Below are positions 28,306 to 38,274 of a DNA stretch of 64,000 nucleotides, in pieces. This stretch comes from Nanobdellota archaeon. Lineage in GTDB: Archaea; Nanobdellota; Nanobdellia; Woesearchaeales; DATGWN01. A program made the position numbers and the translations under genes. The notes under the pieces were generated by a model that ran no database searches, was not told the origin of the DNA, and was given only the letters and a program-made list of their open reading frames with translations. The first letter of the stretch is position 1. Every line of letters starts with the position of its first letter. The stretch spans positions 18 to 64,017 of the forward strand of contig JBNJGI010000001.1 of the NCBI GenBank assembly GCA_051819685.1, read 5' to 3'.

Positions 28306-29805
28306 ATGGAAGAATCTGATATTTTAGAAAAAGAAAAGAAAAGAAAATTAGAAGAGATAAGAGCTATGGACATTAATCCTTATCCTTATTCTTATAAAAG
28401 GGATTCATATTCATATGATATAAAAGAATTAAATTCTGGGCTTGAAAAAGAACAACATTCTGAAAATAAATGTTCAGTAGCAGGAAGAATAATTTCTATA
28501 AGACGTATGGGGCGTGCTTCTTTTATGCACATTAAAGACCAGAAAGGCAAGATACAATTATACTTAAGAGAAGATTCTGTAGGTAAGAAAAATTATAAGT
28601 TTTTGAAAAAATTAGATATAGGTGACTTCATAGGGGCTGAAGGTGAGATATTTAAGACAAAAACAGGCGAAGTATCGATATATGTCAGTGAATATTCAAT
28701 ATTAAGCAAATCTTTGAAACCCTTACCTGAAAAATTCCATGGATTGAAAGACAAAGAATTAAGATATAGACAAAGATATCTCGATCTTATAATGAATGAT
28801 GAAGTCATGGATATATTCAGGAAAAGAAGTATTATAATAAAAGCTATAAGAGAATTCCTTGATAATAAAGGTTTTTTAGAAGTAGAAACACCTTTACTTC
28901 AAACTCAGTACGGTGGTGCTAAAGCAAGACCTTTCGAGACACATATAAATGCTTGGGATATGAAAATGTACTTATCTATTTCACCTGAGCTTTATCTTAA
29001 AAGATTATTAGTTGGTGGTTTTGAGAAAATATATACTATATGCAAAAATTTCCGTAATGAAGGTGTCGATCAAAGCCACAATCCTGAATTCACGATGATA
29101 GAGATTTATCAGGCTTATACTGATTATAATGATATGATGAAGCTGATTGAAGAATGTTATGAATATGTATCTTTAAAAGTCAATGGAAATACAAAGATAA
29201 ATTATAATGCAAATGGAACTTATCACGAAGTTGACTTAAAAGCACCTTGGCCAAGATTATCTATGGCTGAAGCTATAAAAAAATATTTATCTATAGATGT
29301 TAAAGATATGAGTAAAGAAGAACTTGTTGATTTCGCAACCAAAAATAATCTTGAAGTGAGTGCTAATGACACTTGGGGTGATATTGTTATAGAAATATTT
29401 GAACTAGTGGAAGAAAAAATAATACAACCTACACATATTTATGATCATCCTAAAGAAGGAACTCCTTTATGCAAAAGCAAAAGAGATGATAATAGGTTCA
29501 ATGAACAATGTGAACCTATAGGATTTGGTATGGAATTAGGTAATATGTATTCTGAGCTTAATGATCCTGATCTTCAGGAAAAACACCTTAGTGCGCAAGC
29601 AGAAAAAGGAAGAGGTGGTGATGAAGAAGCTCACCCAATGGATAATGATTTTATCAATGCTATTAAAGTAGGGATGCCTCCTACTGGTGGAATCGGCTGG
29701 GGTATTGATAGGATGGTTATGTTACTGACAGGAGCTGAAAGTATAAGGGATGTAATTCTATTTCCTACAATGAAACCTGAAGATAAAGAAGAAACTAATT
29801 CTTGA
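28306..29805 (+). CDS. lysS: Lysyl-tRNA synthetase, class II
   Basis: OB-fold N-terminus, FRNEGVDQSHNPEFTMIE (motif 2), GGIGWGIDRMVMLLTGAESIRDVILFP (motif 3); TATA-like tatttataaata about 25 bp upstream. Confidence 0.9.
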   Translation: MEESDILEKEKKRKLEEIRAMDINPYPYSYKRDSYSYDIKELNSGLEKEQHSENKCSVAGRIISIRRMGRASFMHIKDQKGKIQLYLREDSVGKKNYKFLKKLDIGDFIGAEGEIFKTKTGEVSIYVSEYSILSKSLKPLPEKFHGLKDKELRYRQRYLDLIMNDEVMDIFRKRSIIIKAIREFLDNKGFLEVETPLLQTQYGGAKARPFETHINAWDMKMYLSISPELYLKRLLVGGFEKIYTICKNFRNEGVDQSHNPEFTMIEIYQAYTDYNDMMKLIEECYEYVSLKVNGNTKINYNANGTYHEVDLKAPWPRLSMAEAIKKYLSIDVKDMSKEELVDFATKNNLEVSANDTWGDIVIEIFELVEEKIIQPTHIYDHPKEGTPLCKSKRDDNRFNEQCEPIGFGMELGNMYSELNDPDLQEKHLSAQAEKGRGGDEEAHPMDNDFINAIKVGMPPTGGIGWGIDRMVMLLTGAESIRDVILFPTMKPEDKEETNS

Positions 29806-30358
29806 ATTCATGTATTTTTTTAAGTATAAGTTCTGCAGATTCTTCCTGACTTATTTCAGAAGTATCTATAGAAATATCGAAATTATCTTTATCATAAGGA
29901 TCCACATCATATAACATTTTATATCTTTTAGAATCACTTTCCATCCTTTCTTTTATTATTTTCATCTGCTTTTCTATACTTGAAACTTCTAGTTCATTCC
30001 TTTTATTTTCTTTTGATTTCTGATTAAAAATTCTTTCAGCAGCGATTTTTTCATTACAATAAAGAAATACTTTGATAGATTGTGGTATGAAATAAAAACC
30101 AAGTCTGGCTACAACTATAAAATCATTGTTATCTTTTCCAAAACTTTCAATTTTATTATCAAAATATTCATCACCTTCAGAAGGATTGTTTTCAGACCAT
30201 TCATTAAACTCTTCAATAGTCATACCTTTATCTTTTGCAAATTGCCTTCTTAATGCACCTACATCCACAATCCTGTGATTTTGGCCTAATCTATTTTTAA
30301 TTAATTCAGAAACAGTAGATTTTCCACTTCCGGGAGTCCCTGTTATAGTTATCTTCAT
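29795..30358 (-). CDS. cmk: Cytidylate kinase, archaeal-type (P-loop NMP kinase)
   Basis: MKITITGTPGSGKSTVSELI. Confidence 0.65.
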   Translation of the reverse strand: MKITITGTPGSGKSTVSELIKNRLGQNHRIVDVGALRRQFAKDKGMTIEEFNEWSENNPSEGDEYFDNKIESFGKDNNDFIVVARLGFYFIPQSIKVFLYCNEKIAAERIFNQKSKENKRNELEVSSIEKQMKIIKERMESDSKRYKMLYDVDPYDKDNFDISIDTSEISQEESAELILKKIHEFKN

Positions 30359-30786
30359 TGACTTGCTTCTTTAGTTCCTTCATTCACATTCACTTTAGGT
30401 AATGGAATTGGACTTGGAAGATTCATCTCTTTGCTTAATACAAGAGCTTCAACATTAGATCTACTCAAAATAGCATTCATGACCGGTTGAATGAAATCTT
30501 TAGGAATCTTTTTATCCTTTTTCCATTCAGCCATGATAGCATCGATTTTTTCAGGAGGAAGCATGTACATAATCTCTCCTTCCAGATTTATAGTAGCGAC
30601 GCTTGGTTCATATTTAGATTCAAATTTGAAAACGACTTTTATACATTTATTCTTATCATTTGAGAATGGTACTTTTTCTTCTGAAACATCAGAAATACCT
30701 ACATTGTTTGAAATATTAAGTTTGCCTTTTTTGCTTCCTGTCCTTTCGACGGAAATTTTATTGAAATTAAATCCTATTACAGTCAT
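30355..30786 (-). CDS. Hypothetical protein (143 aa), co-oriented between S6e and cmk
   Basis: ORF, 4-bp overlap with cmk. Confidence 0.35.
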   Translation of the reverse strand: MTVIGFNFNKISVERTGSKKGKLNISNNVGISDVSEEKVPFSNDKNKCIKVVFKFESKYEPSVATINLEGEIMYMLPPEKIDAIMAEWKKDKKIPKDFIQPVMNAILSRSNVEALVLSKEMNLPSPIPLPKVNVNEGTKEASQ

Positions 30787-30794
30787 TTTTACAC

Positions 30795-31199
30795 CTATTG
30801 TTCTTTATTTTCGCTCTCTGAACTTTCTTCATCCTCTTTCTTTTCTTCAAAAAGAGGTTGAGAACCATATTTTAAAGGTTTTAGATTGATTTGTGAAGTA
30901 TTTTCACCTATTGTGTTTCCGGCTACGCTTTTTCTTATTTTAGCTCCTTTAGCTTTCCTTTTAACTCCAACGCCTTCAACAGCAAGGATTTTTGATCTTC
31001 TTGCACCTTCAACATCTTTTCTCATAGCAGTTCCTATTTTATCGCTTCCACCAGTTATTTCAAATTCATAACCAGGTAACTCTAAAATATCGCCTTTTAT
31101 ATTAGAACCGATTTTGTAACCATAAAGAGGTTTAGCACTTTCTAATTCCTTCTGTAAACATTTACCTTCTTTACTTCCGATAACAATTTTTACTGCCAT
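30795..31199 (-). CDS. rps6e: Ribosomal protein S6e
   Basis: MAVKIVIGSKEGKCLQ...ITGGSDKIGTAMRKDVEG...; tttataaatag TATA-like about 25 bp upstream. Confidence 0.7.
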   Translation of the reverse strand: MAVKIVIGSKEGKCLQKELESAKPLYGYKIGSNIKGDILELPGYEFEITGGSDKIGTAMRKDVEGARRSKILAVEGVGVKRKAKGAKIRKSVAGNTIGENTSQINLKPLKYGSQPLFEEKKEDEESSESENKEQ

Positions 31200-31244
31200 A
31201 TTATTAAGCAAAAAATATTTCTATTTATAAAGCTTTTTGTTATT

Positions 31245-31300
31245 TAGTCTGAACATTAGATTTTTTTATTTTTATATTACCTTGCAGAAAATTCATAAAT
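31245..31300 (+). repeat. Partial B module
   Basis: tttttatattaccttgcagaaaattcataaatttgc. Confidence 0.4.
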
Positions 31301-31437
31301 TTGCTTTTATATTAAAAAGCAGTTTAATTATAAATCTAATTAAAGTTAAATTTCTGTTAATTCCAATTATCATTTATAAATATATTATCTTAAAAACAAA
31401 AAACATAAAAATAACTTATTAACTTTAGCAAATTACA

Positions 31438-31617
31438 ATGGCTGAAGAAGATACAATGCCGGACGATATAGAGAGCGATGAAGTGCTGAATGAACAAGTA
31501 GATAATTCAGAAATTTCATCTGAAGAAGAAGGTTTCCTTAGTGGTTATAATGAAGAATCTGAACCTGATAGATCTGACGAAGAAGGTCTTGAGGATGACG
31601 AAAGATTAGAAGGATAA
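31438..31617 (+). CDS. Small (59 aa) highly acidic protein
   Basis: MAEEDTMPDDIESDEVLNEQ...; ORF below track size cut-off. Confidence 0.3.
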   Translation: MAEEDTMPDDIESDEVLNEQVDNSEISSEEEGFLSGYNEESEPDRSDEEGLEDDERLEG

Positions 31618-31639
31618 ATATTAAAAATAAAAAATAATA

Positions 31640-31975
31640 TTAAATTTTCTTCAAAAGTTCTTCAAGATCATTTTTAAGTTGTTCCTTAGGTCTAAAACCA
31701 ACAAGCCTATCGATTTCTTTCCCATTTTTCATCAAGATAAGGCAAGGGATTCCTTGAATTTCATATTTTGAAGCAAGATCGCTTGATTTTTCTGTGTCAA
31801 TCTTTACGAACTTAACTCTACCTTCAAATTCTTTACTGGCTTCTTCAAAAGCAGGAGCCATCATCATGCAAGGTCCGCACCATGAAGCCCAGAAATCTGC
31901 AAGAACTGGTAGATTCTCATTAATTACTTCCTTCTCAAAATTTTCATTATTAATTTCTGTAACCATATTTATCAC
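31640..31975 (-). CDS. trx: Thioredoxin
   Basis: WASWCGPCMMMAP. Confidence 0.85.
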   Translation of the reverse strand: MINMVTEINNENFEKEVINENLPVLADFWASWCGPCMMMAPAFEEASKEFEGRVKFVKIDTEKSSDLASKYEIQGIPCLILMKNGKEIDRLVGFRPKEQLKNDLEELLKKI

Positions 31976-32039
31976 CTAAAAAGATTGACTAAAGAACTAT
32001 TTATAAATTATATGAAAAATTAAAATAAAAAATTAATTA

Positions 32040-32531
32040 TTAACTACTGGTTCTTTCACCTTCCAGTCTATTACCATCACCATCGAATGTGTATTGTGCA
32101 TTATTATCCACATTAGTATATTCAACATCCAATGTATAAGAGTACCTTTCACCTGGGTTAGCTACATCAAGTGTTTGATTTGTAAAAACAAACTCTCCAA
32201 TATCACCTTGTGCAAGTGTTGGATTATATGAAGCATTTGTAACAGTTGTTCCTTCTGCATTACTTAAGGACACACTTGTAATCTTTATTGTATTAGGCAT
32301 ATTATTTGTTAGCTTTAAGCTTACATTTGTCGCATTTGCAGGTACTGTCATACTAGCTACACCTATTTTAGCTGTTTTCCAATAAGTTGATCGTGAACCA
32401 GCTTTTGCGCCTCCACCAATACTTGGAATTCCTCCTAGAACAGCAACAACAATTAAAGCTATCACTATTACAACAGCCAGAATAATTAGATATTCAGTTG
32501 CTGTTTGACTTTTTCTTTTTTTCATAAACAT
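32040..32531 (-). CDS. Archaeal type IV pilin-like protein (class III signal peptide), many N-glycosylation sequons
   Basis: MFMKKRKSQTATEYLIILAVVIVIALIVVAVLGG. Confidence 0.7.
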   Translation of the reverse strand: MFMKKRKSQTATEYLIILAVVIVIALIVVAVLGGIPSIGGGAKAGSRSTYWKTAKIGVASMTVPANATNVSLKLTNNMPNTIKITSVSLSNAEGTTVTNASYNPTLAQGDIGEFVFTNQTLDVANPGERYSYTLDVEYTNVDNNAQYTFDGDGNRLEGERTSS

Positions 32532-32694
32532 TTTTAAACCTCTAAGTTCTTAAACAATCGTGGAATATTTAATTTATAAATTTTTCTCTAAATCGGGCTT
32601 TGCGTATCATAAAAATCCCATATTATCGGTAATATTTTTCTTTGATTTTTAAAATTTGAATTTACAATAAAAAATGCCTTTAATTGACATATAA

Positions 32695-32790
32695 ACTAAA
32701 ATAAGTGATAATAATACCTTGAAAGCGCAAATTTAATCAAGTTCATAAGAAGAAGAATTGAAAAATTGTTTGCAATATGACTCATTTTTT
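32695..32790 (+). repeat. Repeat element A, internally deleted copy
   Basis: aagtgataataatacc...gcgcaaatttaatcaagttc...tgcaatatgactca. Confidence 0.55.
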
Positions 32791-32830
32791 TAGTGTTACT
32801 CTGAATAAAACTTTTATAGATTAAAAATAT

Positions 32831-33736
32831 TTATTTTAAAGGAATTCTCATCAAATCATAACTTAAAATTGTTTCTGGAAAAATGTTCCCAGCTTCTTCT
32901 AGTAAGCTATTAAGATCATCATATCTTTGAGAAAAATGAAAAAGAACTAGTTTTTTCGAATTGCTCATTGAAGCTATCTGAGCTGCCTGTCTTGAAGTCA
33001 TATGGAAATAACTTTCAGCTCTGTCTTCATGCTTTTCTTCATAAGTGGCTTCAGAAATAATAATATCGCTTTTTTCAGCAAGATCAATAATCTTCTTATT
33101 AAACAATGTATCACTTATATAACTTAATTTCTTACCCCTAATCCTGGTTGTATAATCATCGGATTTAAGTTTTTTATCATTGAAAAATATATCCTTGCCA
33201 TTTTGAAGATCAGACCATAAATGTCCTTCAGGCACACCCAAACTTTTCAAATCTTTTGTTTTCATCCTTCTTTTATCCTTTTCTATCAAAGAAAATCCAA
33301 GACATGGGGCTCCATGATCAAGGTTCATAGCCTGGACAATAAAATCATCTGATTTCAATATAGTTCTCACATCAGGACAATTCAATTCATGTACTTTAAT
33401 ATTAACTTTATTTTCAAAAATTGAGGAACTCATTAGATTAGCGAAAAACTTCTCAGTTCCAGTAGGACCATAAACATCAAGCTGTGGATTGTCGCTATCA
33501 AAACCCATAGTCTGTATAAGCCCTGCTAAACCTGATGTATGATCAGCATGCCAATGTGAAATAAATATATATCTCACTTTACCCCTTTTTATCCCTGCAA
33601 TATTCATCTGTCTCTGAGTACCTTCCCCACAATCAAAAAGAATTCCTTTCCCTTTAATTTCAGCATAAGTAGAAGAAACATTCCTTTCTTTTGTCGGAAC
33701 CATACATGCAGTGCCTAAAATAGTTATATCAATCAT
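32831..33736 (-). CDS. rnz: Ribonuclease Z (tRNA 3' endonuclease, metallo-beta-lactamase)
   Basis: ISHWHADHTSGLAGL. Confidence 0.8.
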   Translation of the reverse strand: MIDITILGTACMVPTKERNVSSTYAEIKGKGILFDCGEGTQRQMNIAGIKRGKVRYIFISHWHADHTSGLAGLIQTMGFDSDNPQLDVYGPTGTEKFFANLMSSSIFENKVNIKVHELNCPDVRTILKSDDFIVQAMNLDHGAPCLGFSLIEKDKRRMKTKDLKSLGVPEGHLWSDLQNGKDIFFNDKKLKSDDYTTRIRGKKLSYISDTLFNKKIIDLAEKSDIIISEATYEEKHEDRAESYFHMTSRQAAQIASMSNSKKLVLFHFSQRYDDLNSLLEEAGNIFPETILSYDLMRIPLK

Positions 33737-33941
33737 TTTTTTCTAAAGCTAAAATAATATCTTTTTTCATAATAGTGTTTCTTTTTCCATAACGCGCAAA
33801 ACCAGAAGCTTTTCTGATAATTTCTTTTGTCCAACTTTCAAGTTCTTCTCGCAGAACTTCCTTAGAATCTTCTGAAACTATTTCAGCACCTGCTTCTCTG
33901 ATAATCCTTTCCATCGACGCCAAAGGAATTTTTTTCACCAT
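33729..33941 (-). CDS. Archaeal histone (histone-fold, HMf-like)
   Basis: IPLASMERIIREAGAEIVSEDSKEVL...ASGFARYGKRNTIMKKDIILAL. Confidence 0.7.
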   Translation of the reverse strand: MVKKIPLASMERIIREAGAEIVSEDSKEVLREELESWTKEIIRKASGFARYGKRNTIMKKDIILALEKND

Positions 33942-34041
33942 AACATAAGATTAATCTTATATTTTAAAAAATTAATGAATTCAAGATAAATAAATGCTAC
34001 ATAACTTAAAGTAAATTTTATATTCGCTATAAAATATTTAT

Positions 34042-34824
34042 TCATCCTTTATATAATTTAGCGGGCGAAATAAAAGTGATATAGACAAAAAATGCTAAAG
34101 CGCTCAGGATTATACTCATAAAAATAGGTATTATTCCACTGGAAAAGAATAAAATAAGAACATTAATGATATAGAAAACTACTGTAAAAACAGTGAAACT
34201 CACAGGGCCCATAATTAAACAACTTCCGAAACTAGGGGGAAATTCTTTTACAAAATAAAAAATGACAGCTTCAAGAGGGAAAAGACTCCATGCAGAAACA
34301 ACCACTGAAGTTAAAACAATCCTGAAAGCAAGATTTTCAGGCAGGAAAAATTTAATCATTGTAACAAAAAAGAACATAGAAAACAAACTCCAAAAAACAA
34401 TATAAGCTCTTTTTCTATAAGGAGAATAACCATGTATATATTTACCTAATTGTAAACTCTCAATCATTTTAAGATCAAACCCTCCTGGTAAAAGAAAAAC
34501 TGAAAAACCATTCGTTATAAATGTAATAAACACATTAGTTACAAGACCTAATTTCCACATACGGTAATCCAGCCTGTAACCAAATCTGATAGATGCGAAT
34601 TTACCTCCCAAAAGCATAAAAAATAAAGTCAAAAAGGAAAAAACAGAAAAAATAAACCAATTAGTCAAACCTGCTAAAGGATTATATGAATTCTCACCCC
34701 ATTTTCTAAAACTAAATATAAAACCGAAAACAATAGAAACAATTATCATTCTTAAAAGTTCTTTAAAAGAAAAGTTTCCGAATTTCCTGAAACCGCTTAA
34801 AAAACTATTATATGTGAACCTCAT
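34042..34824 (-). CDS. Polytopic membrane protein, unknown function
   Basis: about 7 hydrophobic helices. Confidence 0.45.
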   Translation of the reverse strand: MRFTYNSFLSGFRKFGNFSFKELLRMIIVSIVFGFIFSFRKWGENSYNPLAGLTNWFIFSVFSFLTLFFMLLGGKFASIRFGYRLDYRMWKLGLVTNVFITFITNGFSVFLLPGGFDLKMIESLQLGKYIHGYSPYRKRAYIVFWSLFSMFFFVTMIKFFLPENLAFRIVLTSVVVSAWSLFPLEAVIFYFVKEFPPSFGSCLIMGPVSFTVFTVVFYIINVLILFFSSGIIPIFMSIILSALAFFVYITFISPAKLYKG

Positions 34825-34826
34825 AT

Positions 34827-35537
34827 TTATAACCTATCTATTAAATTAAGCTTTTTATTTATAATTTTATCCATTTCTTCCTTATGTCCTGCACCTACAA
34901 CTATAAGAACTCTGCTTTCAGGATATTTTTTTATTATATTGACAATTCTTCGTGACATTACATGATTTCTATCTTCTACTAAAGCCTTATGCATCCCTGG
35001 ATATCTTTTCTTTAACATACCTATTGCTTTCTTAATTATCTTTTTACTAGGAACCTTATTCAAATCCTTTATACCCATATTAAGTCCATAATTATCTCTC
35101 ATAGCTTTTTTAGGGAAAAAAATACCCTTAAAGACATCACACAGCATATTAAATATATCTCTTATACCTATACTTTTTGAAAGTTTCTTTAAAGTTATAC
35201 TTATATCCTGATCCACAAGAAAAATATTTTTATTTGCTTTTTTTGCTTCATTAAAAGCACTAAGCATATCATTACCTGGTATTATATTAAGCTTCTTACC
35301 TATCTTTTTCTGAAAATACTGGCCTATTTTTGCAAAAATAAAACCAAAAAAGCCTATCTTAAAGATAGCAGAAAAACCTATTTTTTTACTGCTTTTATTG
35401 ATAAGACCTGCCAATCTTGATTCATCAAGTTCGATACAAACGATATGAGGGTCAAAACCATCCATCTCATTTTTTATCTCTTTAACAGATTCTTTAGCTA
35501 CATGACTAGTCCCTATAATCTTAAAATTTGACTCCAT
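34827..35537 (-). CDS. TraB/PrgY-family protein
   Basis: IIGTSHVAKESVKEI...PHIVCIELDESR. Confidence 0.6.
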   Translation of the reverse strand: MESNFKIIGTSHVAKESVKEIKNEMDGFDPHIVCIELDESRLAGLINKSSKKIGFSAIFKIGFFGFIFAKIGQYFQKKIGKKLNIIPGNDMLSAFNEAKKANKNIFLVDQDISITLKKLSKSIGIRDIFNMLCDVFKGIFFPKKAMRDNYGLNMGIKDLNKVPSKKIIKKAIGMLKKRYPGMHKALVEDRNHVMSRRIVNIIKKYPESRVLIVVGAGHKEEMDKIINKKLNLIDRL

Positions 35538-35580
35538 AAAATATTATATGCTTTCGTTTTTTAAAAAACTATTCTTTTAA

Positions 35581-35665
35581 TAGTAGGCGACATAAGATTG
35601 TTATATTTTTATATTGCCTTGCAGAAAAACCCGAAATTTGACTAGACTAATTCTGTCAAATATTA
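35581..35665 (+). repeat. Repeat module B
   Basis: tagtaggcgacataagattgttatatttttatattgccttgcagaaaaacccgaaatttgactagactaattctgtcaaatatt. Confidence 0.7.
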
Positions 35666-35676
35666 ACAATTATAAC

Positions 35677-35796
35677 AAAATGAGTAATGATATTGTTATT
35701 TGAGTTATGAGTTTACAGTTATAAGTCTTAAAATCAAAACTAATTTACTCAATCGCCCTGAGGGATTAATATTAGTTCGCAATATCACTAATTTTT
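35677..35796 (+). repeat. Repeat element A, diverged interior copy
   Basis: aaaatgagtaatgatattg ... ctgagggattaatattagttcgcaatatcacta; followed by start of C (gtagatgcgctc). Confidence 0.55.
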
Positions 35797-36320
35797 GTAG
35801 ATGCGCTCTTTTGATAATCTGGTGTAGATAGTATTTCTTCAAATCTGTTCAAAGGGATTTTTCTTTCAAGATTTGCAGGTAAAGAGGTCACTATTATTTT
35901 TCTATCATCAGATTCTTTTTCTGCTAAAATCAAAGGCAAACCTAAATCAAAATTATCCCTTATACCTTTAAAAGACATAGTTTTATGTGTAATATAATGC
36001 CATGGCATGAATTTTTTTGAAAAATTTTGGACTAATTCATCAAAACTTCGATAACCATCATTCCCATTAATTAACTCATCATATAAATTAGATAAATTAC
36101 TTCCTGGAAAAGGTTCATCATTAGGAGTTACAATTGATTTAATTCTAATTTCAGGATCACCTGGTCTTGAAATCCTTTCATCAAGGTAAGATATCATCTT
36201 TTTTCCGCTCAATAAAAGACTTAATTTCGTTTTATGGAAATCATATAAACTACTTTCATATAAATCAGCATTTTGTAGAAAAGTATCGACGGATTCGTTT
36301 AAAAGTATCTTATTATCCAT
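35772..36320 (-). CDS. Hypothetical protein (182 aa)
   Basis: ORF; 3' end overlaps repeat. Confidence 0.35.
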   Translation of the reverse strand: MDNKILLNESVDTFLQNADLYESSLYDFHKTKLSLLLSGKKMISYLDERISRPGDPEIRIKSIVTPNDEPFPGSNLSNLYDELINGNDGYRSFDELVQNFSKKFMPWHYITHKTMSFKGIRDNFDLGLPLILAEKESDDRKIIVTSLPANLERKIPLNRFEEILSTPDYQKSASTKISDIAN

Positions 36321-36375
36321 TCAAAGTAAAAAAATAAATTAATTTAAAAAGTTTTTTATATTTATCACTGTATAG

Positions 36376-37317
36376 TTAAATATTTTTATAAGATTTTATT
36401 GTAGAATCTACCATATCTCTTATATTCTTTTTTGGAGACCAACCCAATATATCCTTAGCTTTTTTACTTGAAGCTAATATCTTAGCAGGATCCCCTTCCC
36501 TTCTGCTTTCAATTTTCAATTTAAAATCTTTTCCTGAAATTTCCTTGAAATATTTGACAAGCTCAAAAACTGAAAAACCTTCTTCACTACCAAGATTAAG
36601 AATACCATTATAACTATTTTCCAAAGCAAGTATATGTGCATCTACCAAATCAGAAATATGTATGTAATCTCTTATACAACTACCATCTTTAGTAGGATAA
36701 TCATTACCAAAGACACAAAACTCCTCTTTCTTACCTTCAATAGTTTCCATAATGATAGGAAATACATTCTTTGCATCAGGATCCTGATAACCTAACTCAT
36801 CACCTGCAACATTGAAATACCTTAAACAACAAAAGCTTAACTTATGAATCTTATTATACCAATCTATGATTTTTTCACATTCAAGCTTAGTAAAACCATA
36901 AAAATTAATCGGATTAGTTAAAGAATCTTCATCAAGTACATTATCGCTATCACCATAAACTCCTGCTGAAGAAGAGAATATAAACCTTTTAACATTAAAA
37001 TCAACACACATATTAAGAAGATTTAAAGTCCCTTTTATATTATCCGAATACTTCACTGCATTTTTCATACTCTCTCCTGCTGCTTTATAAGCTGCAAAAT
37101 GTATAACAGCATCAAAATCTTCATAATTAAAAACATCCCTTAAACCAGATTCATCACAAAGGTCTGCATGAAAAAAAACTGCCCTTTTATCTATTAAATC
37201 TTTATTGCCTTTATACAGATTATCAATAACAAACACCTTATAACCTTTATCTGCCAATCTTTTCACAGCAACAGATCCTATATATCCTGCTCCTCCCGTA
37301 ACAAGTATCTTTTCCAT
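36376..37317 (-). CDS. galE: NAD-dependent epimerase/dehydratase (UDP-glucose 4-epimerase-like)
   Basis: MEKILVTGGAGYIGS...YxxxK region. Confidence 0.75.
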   Translation of the reverse strand: MEKILVTGGAGYIGSVAVKRLADKGYKVFVIDNLYKGNKDLIDKRAVFFHADLCDESGLRDVFNYEDFDAVIHFAAYKAAGESMKNAVKYSDNIKGTLNLLNMCVDFNVKRFIFSSSAGVYGDSDNVLDEDSLTNPINFYGFTKLECEKIIDWYNKIHKLSFCCLRYFNVAGDELGYQDPDAKNVFPIIMETIEGKKEEFCVFGNDYPTKDGSCIRDYIHISDLVDAHILALENSYNGILNLGSEEGFSVFELVKYFKEISGKDFKLKIESRREGDPAKILASSKKAKDILGWSPKKNIRDMVDSTIKSYKNI

Positions 37318-37331
37318 TATGTAATTTTTAA

Positions 37332-37604
37332 TCAAAGTTTATTGATCTTTTCTAAAAGAGCTTTGAATATAATCGCTGAGGATCTATTCCCTGCTTTTAT
37401 TCCTTTAATTCCATCCCTTATTTCATAAGCATCTTTTTTCTTTATATCTTTTATTGAATTCAAAATATCATTAATTTTTTTCTCTATAATAATTATTTCT
37501 TCGACTTCTTTTTTAGATGGTAATTGATCCGAATTTAATTTTGATACAAAATGATCTAACTTATTGAATTCTGTTTTCAATTCATTTTTCAATTTATTTT
37601 CCAT
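37332..37604 (-). CDS. Small coiled-coil protein (90 aa)
   Basis: ORF, K/E-rich heptads. Confidence 0.35.
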   Translation of the reverse strand: MENKLKNELKTEFNKLDHFVSKLNSDQLPSKKEVEEIIIIEKKINDILNSIKDIKKKDAYEIRDGIKGIKAGNRSSAIIFKALLEKINKL

Positions 37605-37664
37605 TTTATATAAAATAATTTAAAACTGACTTATAAATATTTTGAACATTTGAAACATAAAAAT

Positions 37665-37790
37665 AAATAAGGAAGGATATTACTTTGAAATAAATTTTGG
37701 GTTTGCGATAAAAAATGGAACTAGTTACAATAGTGCAAATTCAATCAAGTTCACCCGGAGGAACTAGCATTTGTTCGCAACATCACTCAT
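37665..37790 (+). repeat. Repeat element A copy
   Basis: ...agtgcaaattcaatcaagttcacccggaggaactagcatttgttcgcaacatcactca. Confidence 0.6.
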
Positions 37791-37795
37791 TTTTA

Positions 37796-37885
37796 TAGAT
37801 GTGCTTAAATTTCGTAATAGTTAAACCATTATTGTTTAATTATCCTGCGCCATATAAAATATACTTTATTTATGTTGTCTACTAT
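37796..37885 (+). promoter_or_regulatory. Repeat module C (palindrome gttaaacc-N-gtttaat + ccatataaaat TATA-like) upstream of tRNA-Leu
   Basis: Near-identical to 27121..27211. Confidence 0.6.
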
Positions 37886-37927
37886 TTTATGGATAATTTT
37901 TTAAAGGTAAGTTTTTTCAGAAAGTTT

Positions 37928-38057
37928 GATTTGCGGGGGTAGCAAAGTCTGGTCAAATGCGCAGGACTCAAGTAATTGAGTGATGAGCCGGAAGGCGATG
38001 ATTTTGCATTTGAGCAATCCTGTCTCTTAGTGAGTTCAAGGGTTCGAATCCCTTCCC
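37928..38057 (+). tRNA. tRNA-Leu (anticodon CAA), type II long variable arm, 44-nt intron in anticodon loop (about 37968..38011)
   Basis: Acceptor gcggggg/cccccgc, U8, D-arm, anticodon stem cagga/tcctg with loop c-t-CAA-g, T-arm aaggg-ttcgaat-ccctt, discriminator a; no encoded CCA. Confidence 0.8.
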
Positions 38058-38262
38058 CCGCATTTTATTCTAAAATGCTTTGTCAGGTATTCGAACGTCT
38101 TCAGAATCAAAGATTCTTCGAGTTACTCGTAAACTCGTAACAATCCCTTCCCCCGCATGAACGAAGTGAAGAGGTGGAAGGTCAGGGAAAATACTTTTTC
38201 CCGCTACCTTCCCCCGCATTTTATTCTAAAATGCTTTGTCAGGTATTCGAACGTCTTCAGAA
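38046..38262 (+). repeat. Tandem duplication (unit about 156 bp) of the tRNA-Leu 3' end and downstream 45 bp; a third partial tRNA-3' copy lies at 38137..38152
   Basis: ccttcccccgcattttattctaaaatgctttgtcaggtattcgaacgtcttcagaatcaaa occurs at 38046..38106 and 38202..38262. Confidence 0.75.
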
Positions 38263-38274
38263 TCAAAATAACTT

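Noticed and set aside
38046-38262. Possible CRISPR array (direct repeats with spacer)
   Set aside because: There are only two full repeats of 61 bp, and they include tRNA sequence. No further repeats or cas genes; this is an att-type duplication, not CRISPR.
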